Source: an uncultured Flavobacteriaceae bacterium
GTDB taxonomy: Bacteria > Bacteroidota > Bacteroidia > Flavobacteriales > Flavobacteriaceae
Reading direction: 5' to 3'
Length of the DNA: 42,992 nucleotides
Assembly (NCBI GenBank): GCA_965367355.1
Contig: CBDUIO010000001.1
Location: 1 to 42,992, forward strand
A program made the position numbers and the translations under genes. Positions 35,672 through 42,992 of this stretch are shown here, piece after piece. How positions within the stretch are numbered: the stretch's first letter is position 1; each line of letters begins with the position of its first letter. The notes beneath the pieces are model-generated. The model saw only the letters and a program-made list of their open reading frames with translations, made no database searches and was not told the DNA's origin.

Positions 35672-36733
35672 TCATTCCTTTCTCGCACTATCAATAATTT
35701 GACTTTTAAATTTTTTGTCATTGATCATAATATCGAAGAAACCTAATATATATGATTTAGATATCTCAAATTCTCTTGGATCTGAAAAATATGTCTCGTT
35801 TTTATCTAAAATTGAAAGCATGTCATTTTTCTTATCTAAAAATTCGTTTCGGACTTGATAAAAAACGGATTCATCTCTAACAAAACCCCTGTAAAGTCTA
35901 TCTTTTACCGACGTTATGCCCAGGCTCTCTCCCTGAATTTGAGAAACTACTGCATAACTGCAATTCACAAAACCGGACATGTCAAAATCATAAGGTAATG
36001 GGATCATGTTATTGTCAATATATACAACTTTTACGTTATGCAGGTAAGCTTGGGAGAAATCTGTGTTACCAATCATAAATTGAAAAAGAGTATTTTTTAC
36101 TGATGCAACTGGCTCGTGATTCAAAGGATGAGAATACCTTTTATAAACTTTTCCGTTAAACCGGTTTGCTACTGATTTATCATCTTCAATTAAAATTCCT
36201 TTTATAAGATGAGTTTTGATTTTTTGTCCTTTAATTTCATCAAAAGTCAAATCGACTAATCGTGTTTTGAAATGATACGGAGATATAGACTCAAACAATT
36301 TATAAGCTAAATATTCTTTAATGACGTTGTCATTATTATCTTTTTGAAGCAAACAAGGCATAACCAGTTTTAACTTTTTATGTCCTTTAAAGGCTGTTTT
36401 TTTGACCTCCTTCTTGTTGAATTTTACTGTAATAGGAGGGAAATAACATTTTTTAAGTCGGTAATTGCCTCTTCGCCTGATCATTATTTCCAGGGCATGC
36501 TCTGTGCTGTCTTTGAGTTTGTATGCTAATGTGGTATTGACATATGTAGAATCGTTCGTGTTTTTTTTAATGTCTTTAATATCGAATGATAAGGTTATGG
36601 GTAAAGGTTCTTCTTCTTGAAATATTTTGTGAAAAAGGTTTGAATCTTCAATTTGTAAAGTTTCCTGAGAATTACCAATATTAAAAAATATTATATTCAG
36701 AAAAAGGATGAGATAACTTAATGGCTTATTCAT
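35672..36733 (-). CDS. Hypothetical secreted protein (possible CotH-like fold)
   Basis: The internal ATG (36731-36733) gives the signal peptide MNKPLSYLILFLNIIFFNIGNSQ. The motifs EYLAYKLFE, GILIEDD, IGNTDFS and HNVKVVYID..IPLPYDFDMSGF are reminiscent of CotH-type domains. This comparison is from memory. Confidence 0.4.
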   Translation of the reverse strand: MNKPLSYLILFLNIIFFNIGNSQETLQIEDSNLFHKIFQEEEPLPITLSFDIKDIKKNTNDSTYVNTTLAYKLKDSTEHALEIMIRRRGNYRLKKCYFPPITVKFNKKEVKKTAFKGHKKLKLVMPCLLQKDNNDNVIKEYLAYKLFESISPYHFKTRLVDLTFDEIKGQKIKTHLIKGILIEDDKSVANRFNGKVYKRYSHPLNHEPVASVKNTLFQFMIGNTDFSQAYLHNVKVVYIDNNMIPLPYDFDMSGFVNCSYAVVSQIQGESLGITSVKDRLYRGFVRDESVFYQVRNEFLDKKNDMLSILDKNETYFSDPREFEISKSYILGFFDIMINDKKFKSQIIDSARKE

Positions 36734-36771
36734 AAAATATAGTATTTTTAACAAATGTAATATTTTTAAAA

Positions 36772-37515
36772 TTGGATATCAGACAATATTATTCCATCAT
36801 AAATTACAGAACCTATCTTGCTTTAGGGATTTCTGTTGTTGTGACTTATGTCTTTTATAAGTTTGATTTTACATTCAATTTAGATCTTACACTCTTAAGT
36901 ATTGCAATTATATTTCCATTGGTGTTTGCCATAAGAACATCTTTTAAACGCCGCGAGAAAGCCCTGGAGCATTTAAGTGAATTTAGAAGCTCTCTAAAAA
37001 CTCTGTATTATTTTTTTAATAGCAATGATAAATTAAGTGAGGAGGACCTCAAGGAGATAAAAGGCATATTATCAGAGATCAATACAGTTACTTTGAACAA
37101 TTTAAAATCGAAGGATTTTGTAGTAAAGGACTTTGATGCTATTTTAAATAAAGTGTTTCAATTTACACGAGATAAATCTGCCATAATACCGAGAAATCTG
37201 CGTGAGAAGGTTTTTAGGTTCATGAAGGACCTTCATGAATCTGTTGAAAATGTATTTGCTATTCATACCCATAGAACACCTATAAGTCTAAAGGCTTATT
37301 GTGAAATTTTTATTTATATCTTCCCTTTTCTATATGTTCCTACTATTATTTACAATATAGGAATAGAAAATTCACAATCAATTGTTTACTCTATTGTACA
37401 ACTTACCCAGTTTATTTTAATATCGCTCTATAATATTCAAAATCAATTAGAATATCCTTTTGACAACATAGGTTTAGATGATATTAAACTGGATGGTTTT
37501 ATGATCGAAAGATAA
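36772..37515 (+). CDS. Membrane protein, distant bestrophin / UPF0187 (YneE)-like
   Basis: 247 aa. It has a TTG start, because no in-frame ATG occurs until residue about 150. TM helices are followed by FAIRTSFKRREKAL. Later motifs HRTPISLKAY and LEYPFDNIGLDDIKL parallel the bestrophin TPVPFAY and LEDPFG..DLPL motifs. Confidence 0.45.
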   Translation: MDIRQYYSIINYRTYLALGISVVVTYVFYKFDFTFNLDLTLLSIAIIFPLVFAIRTSFKRREKALEHLSEFRSSLKTLYYFFNSNDKLSEEDLKEIKGILSEINTVTLNNLKSKDFVVKDFDAILNKVFQFTRDKSAIIPRNLREKVFRFMKDLHESVENVFAIHTHRTPISLKAYCEIFIYIFPFLYVPTIIYNIGIENSQSIVYSIVQLTQFILISLYNIQNQLEYPFDNIGLDDIKLDGFMIER

Positions 37516-37568
37516 TTTTCAATTAATCTATTATGTTTTTAAGGATCAGTGGCTGGAAAAATTAATAA

Positions 37569-37763
37569 TTAATTTTTAGGAACACATTCAATGAATTGAT
37601 CTCCATGTTCGAAATGTGCTTCCCATGCATTTGGTGCAATTTCTATTTCCAGTCCGTTATGCATAATTAATATTTTTTCACAATCTGAATCTTTTTTATC
37701 ACATTTAGCACTTAATGTTGTTAACAATACTAATGCAAATAATGCAAGTCCTACTTTTTTCAT
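37569..37763 (-). CDS. Small secreted Cys-containing protein, unknown function
   Basis: 64 aa. It has the signal peptide MKKVGLALFALVLLTTLSA followed by a 45-aa mature part with 3 Cys. Confidence 0.45.
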   Translation of the reverse strand: MKKVGLALFALVLLTTLSAKCDKKDSDCEKILIMHNGLEIEIAPNAWEAHFEHGDQFIECVPKN

Positions 37764-38000
37764 AATATTTGTTTTTATTGGTTAGTCTAAATTATTTTAT
37801 TTAATATCTAAAAAAAGGTTTGGGGAAGTAATTTGAACTGAAAATTATGAGTTTTAGGTTTAGAAAAGATCAAAATCATTATTTCTTATCAAGACCTTAT
37901 TAACAATTCTCAAAAAACAATGCTTTTTATTAATTGTCATAATAAAAGTATAACACTAATTGGTGGGAATTGTAATGACACTATATTGATTTTCAGAATG

Positions 38001-38030
38001 AAAAAAACGCATTGTATTGACCATGCGTTT
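38001..38030 (-). terminator. Rho-independent terminator of leuA-leuB
   Basis: AAACGCAT (38005-38012) pairs with ATGCGTTT (38023-38030), giving an 8-bp stem. On the minus strand it is followed by a T7 run. It lies 35 nt after the leuB stop. Confidence 0.7.
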
Positions 38031-38064
38031 TAGTGTCCCATAATTTAATTTTTCACTAACCCAA

Positions 38065-39183
38065 TTAAATAATAGTGGACTGTCCCAGATGTATGTTTTG
38101 AAAATTAAAGTTGGAGTCATTTGGATTATTAATGACATCTTCTATAAAATCTCCTACTTTATTTGTGGTTATATTATCAAATTTTGTGTTTAGATCTGGG
38201 GTGGTGATATAAAGTCTCAAAGATTTATCTACTGCTTTTCTTATTAAATATGCCTCATCATGTAATTCAAAATGATCCAGCAGCATTGCTGCCGATAAGA
38301 TGGATGCAATTGGATTTGCTATGCCTTTACCAGTTGCCTGAGGATACGAACCATGAATTGGTTCGAACATCGCATGTTTATCTCCAATTGATGCCGAAGC
38401 TAACAATCCTATAGACCCGCCAATAACGCTTGCCTCATCGCTTATAATATCGCCAAACATATTCTCAGTCAGGATTACATCGAACTGTCTAGGATTAATT
38501 ATCATTTGCATCGCAGCATTGTCAACAAATAAAAAGTCCAGTTCCACCATTGGATATTGTGTGCCAATTTCAGTCACTACCTTGCGCCAAAGTCTGGAAC
38601 TTTCTAACACATTGGCCTTATCTATTAGTGTTACCTTATTTTTTCTTTTCTGTGCAGCTTTAAATGCTAGATGCGCAATACGCTCAATTTCAAAACGAGA
38701 ATACTTACATAGGTCTGATGCAGTATTCCCATCATCGCTAATTTCTTTCTCTCCAAAATATATCCCACCTGTGAGTTCACGATAAATGCTAATATCAGCT
38801 CCTTTGATATTTTCCTTTTTTAAAGGAGATTTTTTTAACAAAGAATCGTAAGCTTTTACAGGTCTTATATTTGCGAACAAGCCTAATTCTTTTCTTAATC
38901 TTAATAAGCCTTGTTCCGGACGCACTTTAGCATTGGGATCATTGTCATATTTTGGATGGCCAATGGCTCCAAAAAGTATGGCATCACTTTTACGACATAG
39001 ATTTAATGTCTCATCGGGTAATGGATTTCCAGTTTCATCTATGGCAATAGCGCCAACCTTGGCATTTTTAAATACAAAATGGTGATTGAATTCGACAGCA
39101 ACTGCCTTTAAAACCTTTATGGCCTGATTTGTAACTTCAGGACCAATGCCATCACCGGATAATACTGCAATATTTAGTTTCAT
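38065..39183 (-). CDS. leuB: 3-isopropylmalate dehydrogenase
   Basis: 372 aa, with LSGDGIGPEV, NLFANIRP and NMFGDIISDEASVIGGSIGL motifs. Confidence 0.9.
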   Translation of the reverse strand: MKLNIAVLSGDGIGPEVTNQAIKVLKAVAVEFNHHFVFKNAKVGAIAIDETGNPLPDETLNLCRKSDAILFGAIGHPKYDNDPNAKVRPEQGLLRLRKELGLFANIRPVKAYDSLLKKSPLKKENIKGADISIYRELTGGIYFGEKEISDDGNTASDLCKYSRFEIERIAHLAFKAAQKRKNKVTLIDKANVLESSRLWRKVVTEIGTQYPMVELDFLFVDNAAMQMIINPRQFDVILTENMFGDIISDEASVIGGSIGLLASASIGDKHAMFEPIHGSYPQATGKGIANPIASILSAAMLLDHFELHDEAYLIRKAVDKSLRLYITTPDLNTKFDNITTNKVGDFIEDVINNPNDSNFNFQNIHLGQSTII

Positions 39184-40358
39184 TAAGCTGACTTTATTTC
39201 ATTGTAAACCTTACTGGTTTCTACGATTCGGTGAATATCATTATCATCGATTTCTTTTTTGTTATCTGCAAAGGTTAAAAAATTAGAATAAACCTCGTCT
39301 AATTGCAGTTTAGTCAACTCATAACCAATCTTTTTTGCTCTATAAGCCAAGGCTGCTCTTCCGCTTCTGGCTGTAAGAACAATTGCGGAGTCTGTCACAC
39401 CTACATCTTTAGGATCGATGATCTCATATGTTTGTCTATTCTTGATCACACCATCCTGGTGAATCCCTGAGCTATGTGCAAAAGCATTGGCTCCAACGAT
39501 TGCTTTGTTAGGTTGTGTGTATATTCCCATGCTATCAGATACTAACTGACTAATACCATATAACATCTCAGTTTGAATATTAGTTTCAAGGTTTAAATAT
39601 GGGTGTTGCTTCAGTATCATGACAACCTCTTCAAGAGCGGTGTTTCCAGCACGTTCTCCAATTCCATTGATTGTGCATTCTATTTGGCGAGCACCATTGA
39701 TAACGCCTTCAATTGAGTTTGCAGTTGCAAGCCCCAGATCATTGTGGCAGTGACAAGATAAAATTGCTTTATCAATTCCTTTGACGTTTTCCATTAAATA
39801 TTTCATTTTTGCTCCATACTCGTGCGGAAGGCAATATCCTGTGGTATCCGGAATATTTAAAACCGTCGCACCGGCTTTAATGACTGCTTCACAAACTCTG
39901 GCTAAGTATTCATTATCGGTTCTACCGGCATCTTCTGCATAAAATTCAACATCTTCAACAAAAGACTTGGCATAAGTAACTGCAGCTACTGCACGCTCAA
40001 TTATTTCTTTCCGATTTGAATTGAATTTGTGAATGATATGAGAATCAGAAGTACCAATTCCAGTATGTATTCTAGGTTTTTTGGCATATTTCAAAGCCTC
40101 GGCAGCTACTTTTATATCGTTTTCAACAGAACGAGTTAAACCGCAGACTGTAGCATTTTTCACTAATTTTGCTATTTCTTCAACCGATTTGAAATCGCCG
40201 GGACTGGAAACCGGAAAGCCGGCTTCAAGAACATCCACCCCCAAATTATCAAGCTGTTCTGCAATAATAAGTTTTTGACGTGTATTTAATTTACAGCCAG
40301 GAACTTGTTCACCATCTCTTAGTGTTGTATCAAATATTTCTACTTTATTCGTCGACAT
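39183..40358 (-). CDS. leuA: 2-isopropylmalate synthase-like (short form without C-terminal LeuA allosteric domain; citramalate/homocitrate synthase not excluded)
   Basis: 391 aa DRE-TIM enzyme, with [21 protein letters not shown] and [12 protein letters not shown] motifs. The protein ends shortly after the catalytic and linker subdomains. Its stop overlaps the leuB start by 1 nt (TAATG). Confidence 0.7.
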   Translation of the reverse strand: MSTNKVEIFDTTLRDGEQVPGCKLNTRQKLIIAEQLDNLGVDVLEAGFPVSSPGDFKSVEEIAKLVKNATVCGLTRSVENDIKVAAEALKYAKKPRIHTGIGTSDSHIIHKFNSNRKEIIERAVAAVTYAKSFVEDVEFYAEDAGRTDNEYLARVCEAVIKAGATVLNIPDTTGYCLPHEYGAKMKYLMENVKGIDKAILSCHCHNDLGLATANSIEGVINGARQIECTINGIGERAGNTALEEVVMILKQHPYLNLETNIQTEMLYGISQLVSDSMGIYTQPNKAIVGANAFAHSSGIHQDGVIKNRQTYEIIDPKDVGVTDSAIVLTARSGRAALAYRAKKIGYELTKLQLDEVYSNFLTFADNKKEIDDNDIHRIVETSKVYNEIKSA

Positions 40359-40504
40359 TTATTCAAATATATTTTCGTATTGTCTAACGAATTTATATTT
40401 TGGATTAGTAATTCATTTTTGCATTGTAAGAACATTACGATGTTCAAACCAGATAAAATAGTTTAAATAACTAATAATCAGAAATATACAGAAGTATTCC
40501 ATTG

Positions 40505-42049
40505 ATGACTAAAGCCCAAAAAGATAATTTATTTTTACTTGTCAAATCTTTGACAAAATCAGAAAAACGACAATTCAAACTTTATGTTGGTCGTTTGGGC
40601 GTAAATACTGATTCTAAATTCTTAAATCTGTTCAACATTCTTGACAAGTTATCAGAGTATAATGAAGCTACTATATTGAAGTCGGGAATCGTAAAAAAAC
40701 AGCAATTGGCTAATGTTAAGGCGCATTTATATAAACAAATTTTAATAAGTTTAAAATTAAATCCGTCACATCAGAATATTCGTTCTCAAATACGAGAGCA
40801 GTTAGATTTTGCGTCCATATTGTATCATAAAGGATTATACAAGCAAAGTTTGAAGATTTTAGATAAGGCTAAGGAAGTTGCAATTCAAAACGAAGAAAAA
40901 AACTTAGCCTATGAGATTGTGGAATTGGAAAAGATAATTGAATCTCAATATATAACCAGAAGTATCAGCGGTAGAGCAGACGAGTTGACTATTCAAGCCA
41001 GGGAGCTTAGTGAAGCTAACGTGTTGACCAGTAAATTATCTAATTTATCCTTGCAGTTATATGGAATATTTTTAAAAACAGGATATGTAAGGAACGAAGC
41101 CGAAAGTAAAGAAATAACAGATTATTTTAATGCCAGACTTCCAAAAATTGACATTAAAGAATTAGGATTCAGGGAAAAACTTTGGTTGTATAAAGCTTAC
41201 CTGTGGTACAGTTTTTTAATGCAGGATTTCTTGAATTGTTACAAATATTCACTTAAATGGGTCGATTTATTTTATCAGAATCCCGATATGATTGTCTTAA
41301 ACCCTGTATTCTTTTTGAAGGGGAATAATTATTTATTGGAATCTTTATATTTTCTTAAAAATAAAGAGAAATTTGAAGAGACTCTTAACAGATTAGTTGT
41401 TAAGGTTAATTCGAAATCCTTTCCAAAAGATGAAAATGTTGAGGCTTTATCCTTTTTATATATAAACCTGAATAAATTCAATTTGTACTTCATCGATGGA
41501 AGTTTTGAAGAAGGATTACCACTCATTCCAAAGGTAGAATCTGAACTAAAACAGTTTACTGATAGAATTGACGAGCATCATATCATGACCTTTTATTATA
41601 AATTCGCAAGCTTACATTTTGGAGCAGGAAACAATAAAAAATGTATAGAATATCTGGACAAGATTATTTCAAATAAAAGTTTATCAATGCGGGAGGATCT
41701 GTTATGCTTCTCAAGAGTATTAAATCTGGTTGCTCATTATGAAGCTGGACTTGACTACCATATAGAATCCTTATTAAGAAGTACATACAAATTTTTAATT
41801 AAAATGAACGACTTGCATGATGTCCAAATTGAAATGATAAAATTCATTAAAAGCCTGCAGGATATTTATCCACAAGATCTGAAAAAGGCTTTTATACAAT
41901 TGCACGACGTTTTAATTAAATTTGAAGACAGGCCTTTTGAAAAAAGAGCCTTTTTGTATCTGGATATTATTTCCTGGTTGGAGAGCAAAATTGAAAATAA
42001 ACCAGTAGCTCAGATCATTAAGGATAAGTATATGGCAAAATATGCTTGA
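40505..42049 (+). CDS. Conserved-looking all-helical (TPR-like) hypothetical protein
   Basis: About 514 aa from the ATG at 40505 (the track uses the TTG at 40502). It is Lys/Leu/Tyr-rich with helical-repeat character. I found no catalytic motif and no signal peptide. Confidence 0.5.
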   Translation: MTKAQKDNLFLLVKSLTKSEKRQFKLYVGRLGVNTDSKFLNLFNILDKLSEYNEATILKSGIVKKQQLANVKAHLYKQILISLKLNPSHQNIRSQIREQLDFASILYHKGLYKQSLKILDKAKEVAIQNEEKNLAYEIVELEKIIESQYITRSISGRADELTIQARELSEANVLTSKLSNLSLQLYGIFLKTGYVRNEAESKEITDYFNARLPKIDIKELGFREKLWLYKAYLWYSFLMQDFLNCYKYSLKWVDLFYQNPDMIVLNPVFFLKGNNYLLESLYFLKNKEKFEETLNRLVVKVNSKSFPKDENVEALSFLYINLNKFNLYFIDGSFEEGLPLIPKVESELKQFTDRIDEHHIMTFYYKFASLHFGAGNNKKCIEYLDKIISNKSLSMREDLLCFSRVLNLVAHYEAGLDYHIESLLRSTYKFLIKMNDLHDVQIEMIKFIKSLQDIYPQDLKKAFIQLHDVLIKFEDRPFEKRAFLYLDIISWLESKIENKPVAQIIKDKYMAKYA

Positions 42050-42105
42050 TAAATTTGTGGATTTCATAATAATATTAAAATTCTTCAAAATTAAATGCTA
42101 AAAAA

Positions 42106-42138
42106 TTTGCTTTTAAGATTTTTTAAAATATATATTTG
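42106..42138 (+). promoter_or_regulatory. Bacteroidota-type promoter of the SAM riboswitch-metY unit
   Basis: TTTG lies at 42106-42109 and an exact TATATTTG at 42131-42138, with a 21-nt spacer. The -7 box ends about 30 nt upstream of the riboswitch P1 helix. Confidence 0.55.
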
Positions 42139-42168
42139 CGTTCACAAAGTTCAAAAACTTATTGAAGT

Positions 42169-42289
42169 GTTATCAAGAAAGGTGGAGGGATTAGACCCGG
42201 TGAAACCTTAGCAACCCTTGGATTTACTAAGAAGGTGCTAAATTCTACTTGAAATTGCGAGTCATTTTTTGCAAGTTCGGATAGATAAC
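42169..42289 (+). promoter_or_regulatory. SAM-I (S-box) riboswitch aptamer
   Basis: The sequence is GUUAUCAAGAAAGGUGGAGGGAUUAGACCCGGUGAAACCUUAGCAACCCUUGG...AAGGUGCUAAAUUCUACUUG...CAAGU.CGGAUAGAUAAC. P1 pairs GUUAUC with GAUAAC. The kink-turn/GGAGGGA, GCAACC and GGUGCUAAA cores are all present. It lies upstream of a methionine biosynthesis gene. Confidence 0.9.
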
Positions 42290-42295
42290 TAAAGA

Positions 42296-42327
42296 CTAAT
42301 TACTCATTTGTAGTTAGCAATTTCTTT
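42296..42327 (+). terminator. Candidate riboswitch expression-platform terminator
   Basis: CTAATTAC-tcattt-GTAGTTAG gives 8 pairs including 1 G-U, followed by CAAUUUCUUUAUA. The 3' arm TAGTTA can alternatively pair with TAACTA in the 3' strand of P1. That is the classical S-box antiterminator arrangement. Confidence 0.4.
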
Positions 42328-42411
42328 ATAACATTTTTCTATTAGGTATGCTTTTTACAAAGCTTATTTGGCTTTTGGTTTAATTATTTATTAACTCAAA
42401 AACTTAGAAAA

Positions 42412-42992
42412 ATGAGTACACAAAAATTCGCAACCAAAGCGTTGCATGCAGGACATGATGTCCAAAAAAACGGCGGAACCAGAGCGGTTCCCATTTATCA
42501 ATCAACGGCTTACGTATTTAATGATTCAGACCATGCAGCAAATCTTTTTGCCTTGGCTGAAACCGGAAACATTTACACCAGGATCAACAATCCTACAAAT
42601 GACATTTTAGAGCAGCGATTAGCAGCTCTTGAAGGAGGGATTGCTGCAGTAGTAACTGCATCGGGTACTTCGGCCATTGCCACTACCTTATTAACCTTAT
42701 TAAAAACCGGAGACCATATTGTAGCCTCAAACAGTTTATATGGAGGAACTTACAATTTATTAAGTGTAACCCTGCCAAGACATGGAATTACTACAACATT
42801 TGTAGATCCATCCAATCCGGAAAACTTTAAAAAAGCTGCTCAAGAAAATACAAGAGCATTTTTTATCGAGTCTCTTGGAAATCCGAAACTAGACGTTTTG
42901 GATATTGAAGCTATTTCAAAACAGGCTAAAGGATTTAAAGTCCCTTTAATTGTAGATAATACGGTAGCAACTCCATATTTGTTAAATCCAAT
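42412..42992 (+). CDS. metY: O-acetylhomoserine sulfhydrylase / aminocarboxypropyltransferase (5' part, runs off the window)
   Basis: It translates to MSTQKFATKALHAGHDVQKNGGTRAVPIYQSTAYVFNDSDHAANLFAL...YTRINNPTNDILEQRLAALEGG...NSLYGGTY. This is a Cys/Met-metabolism PLP family sequence typical of MetY. It has no stop before the window end, so it is absent from the ORF track. Confidence 0.85.
   Translation, partial: MSTQKFATKALHAGHDVQKNGGTRAVPIYQSTAYVFNDSDHAANLFALAETGNIYTRINNPTNDILEQRLAALEGGIAAVVTASGTSAIATTLLTLLKTGDHIVASNSLYGGTYNLLSVTLPRHGITTTFVDPSNPENFKKAAQENTRAFFIESLGNPKLDVLDIEAISKQAKGFKVPLIVDNTVATPYLLNP

Noticed and set aside
37764-38000. A 300-bp non-coding stretch upstream of the small secreted protein gene. 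It contains short inverted repeats (ACAATT/AATTGT, TGTCAT/ATGACA) and an 18-codon ORF (MSFRFRKDQNHYFLSRPY).
   Set aside because: The repeats are 6 bp with long AT-rich loops, which is at chance level. The ORF has no supporting signals. This is most likely just the promoter region of the minus-strand gene.
40359-40501. A search for a Leu-rich leader peptide or attenuator upstream of leuA, plus an exact TATATTTG box (minus strand, 40371-40364).
   Set aside because: The small ORFs in the leader (for example MFLQCKNELLIQ...) have no leucine run, and there is no terminator-like structure. The promoter-like box ends only 5 nt before the ATG. It would imply a leaderless mRNA, which is possible but unsupported, so I did not call it as a feature.
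1-42992. A search for mobile elements, CRISPR arrays, tRNA/rRNA genes, defence, toxin-antitoxin or restriction systems, prophage genes, or compositionally foreign islands.
   Set aside because: I found no transposase, integrase or recombinase-like ORF. I found no regularly spaced repeat array and no cloverleaf-like or rRNA-like conserved stretches. Every large ORF is assignable to core metabolism or the envelope, and composition looks uniform. The window appears to be ordinary core genome.

Overview
This is an AT-rich chromosomal segment that looks like Bacteroidota, probably Flavobacteriia. The taxonomic call rests on a GLPGLI-family gene, several exact TAnnTTTG / TTTG promoter boxes, no Shine-Dalgarno use, and a Bacteroides-type arginine cluster. 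Almost all of the window is core anabolism. In order: a deoxynucleoside kinase operon; a GLPGLI protein with a large outer-membrane beta-barrel protein; a MATE exporter; metK; a porin-glnK-amtB operon divergent from gltBD; ilvD-ilvB-ilvN-ilvC followed by a GapN-like aldehyde dehydrogenase; a nine-gene arginine operon (GNAT-argG-argC-proC-argD-argF'-argB-argE, then argH); a ThrE-type exporter pair; three poorly characterised genes; leuA-leuB; a 515-aa helical protein; and a canonical SAM-I riboswitch in front of a 3'-truncated metY. I found no rRNA, tRNA, CRISPR array, transposase, integrase, phage gene or recognisable defence or toxin system. I therefore do not think the window holds a novel multi-gene accessory system. 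The features most worth follow-up are cis-regulatory or enzymological: (1) a 430-nt arginine-operon leader with two upstream ORFs that both end in CGY arginine codons (MNTQKNKIRTFLPRLPERNRRR and ...SSRPNFPRRP), a GC-rich hairpin over the second Arg-Arg-Pro-stop, and a stem plus U-tract, which together suggest an arginine-sensing leader-peptide attenuator; (2) a GapN-like ALDH co-transcribed with ilvC that has Gly at the canonical catalytic Glu position; (3) a GNAT gene translationally coupled to argG, a candidate for the unassigned first enzyme of an N-succinyl-type arginine pathway; (4) a possible Ile/Val mini-leader before ilvD; (5) a long structured metK leader with only partial S-box signatures; (6) a strong palindrome in the divergent nitrogen-assimilation control region. 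All protein calls come from motif recognition by eye, and none was verified by a database search.
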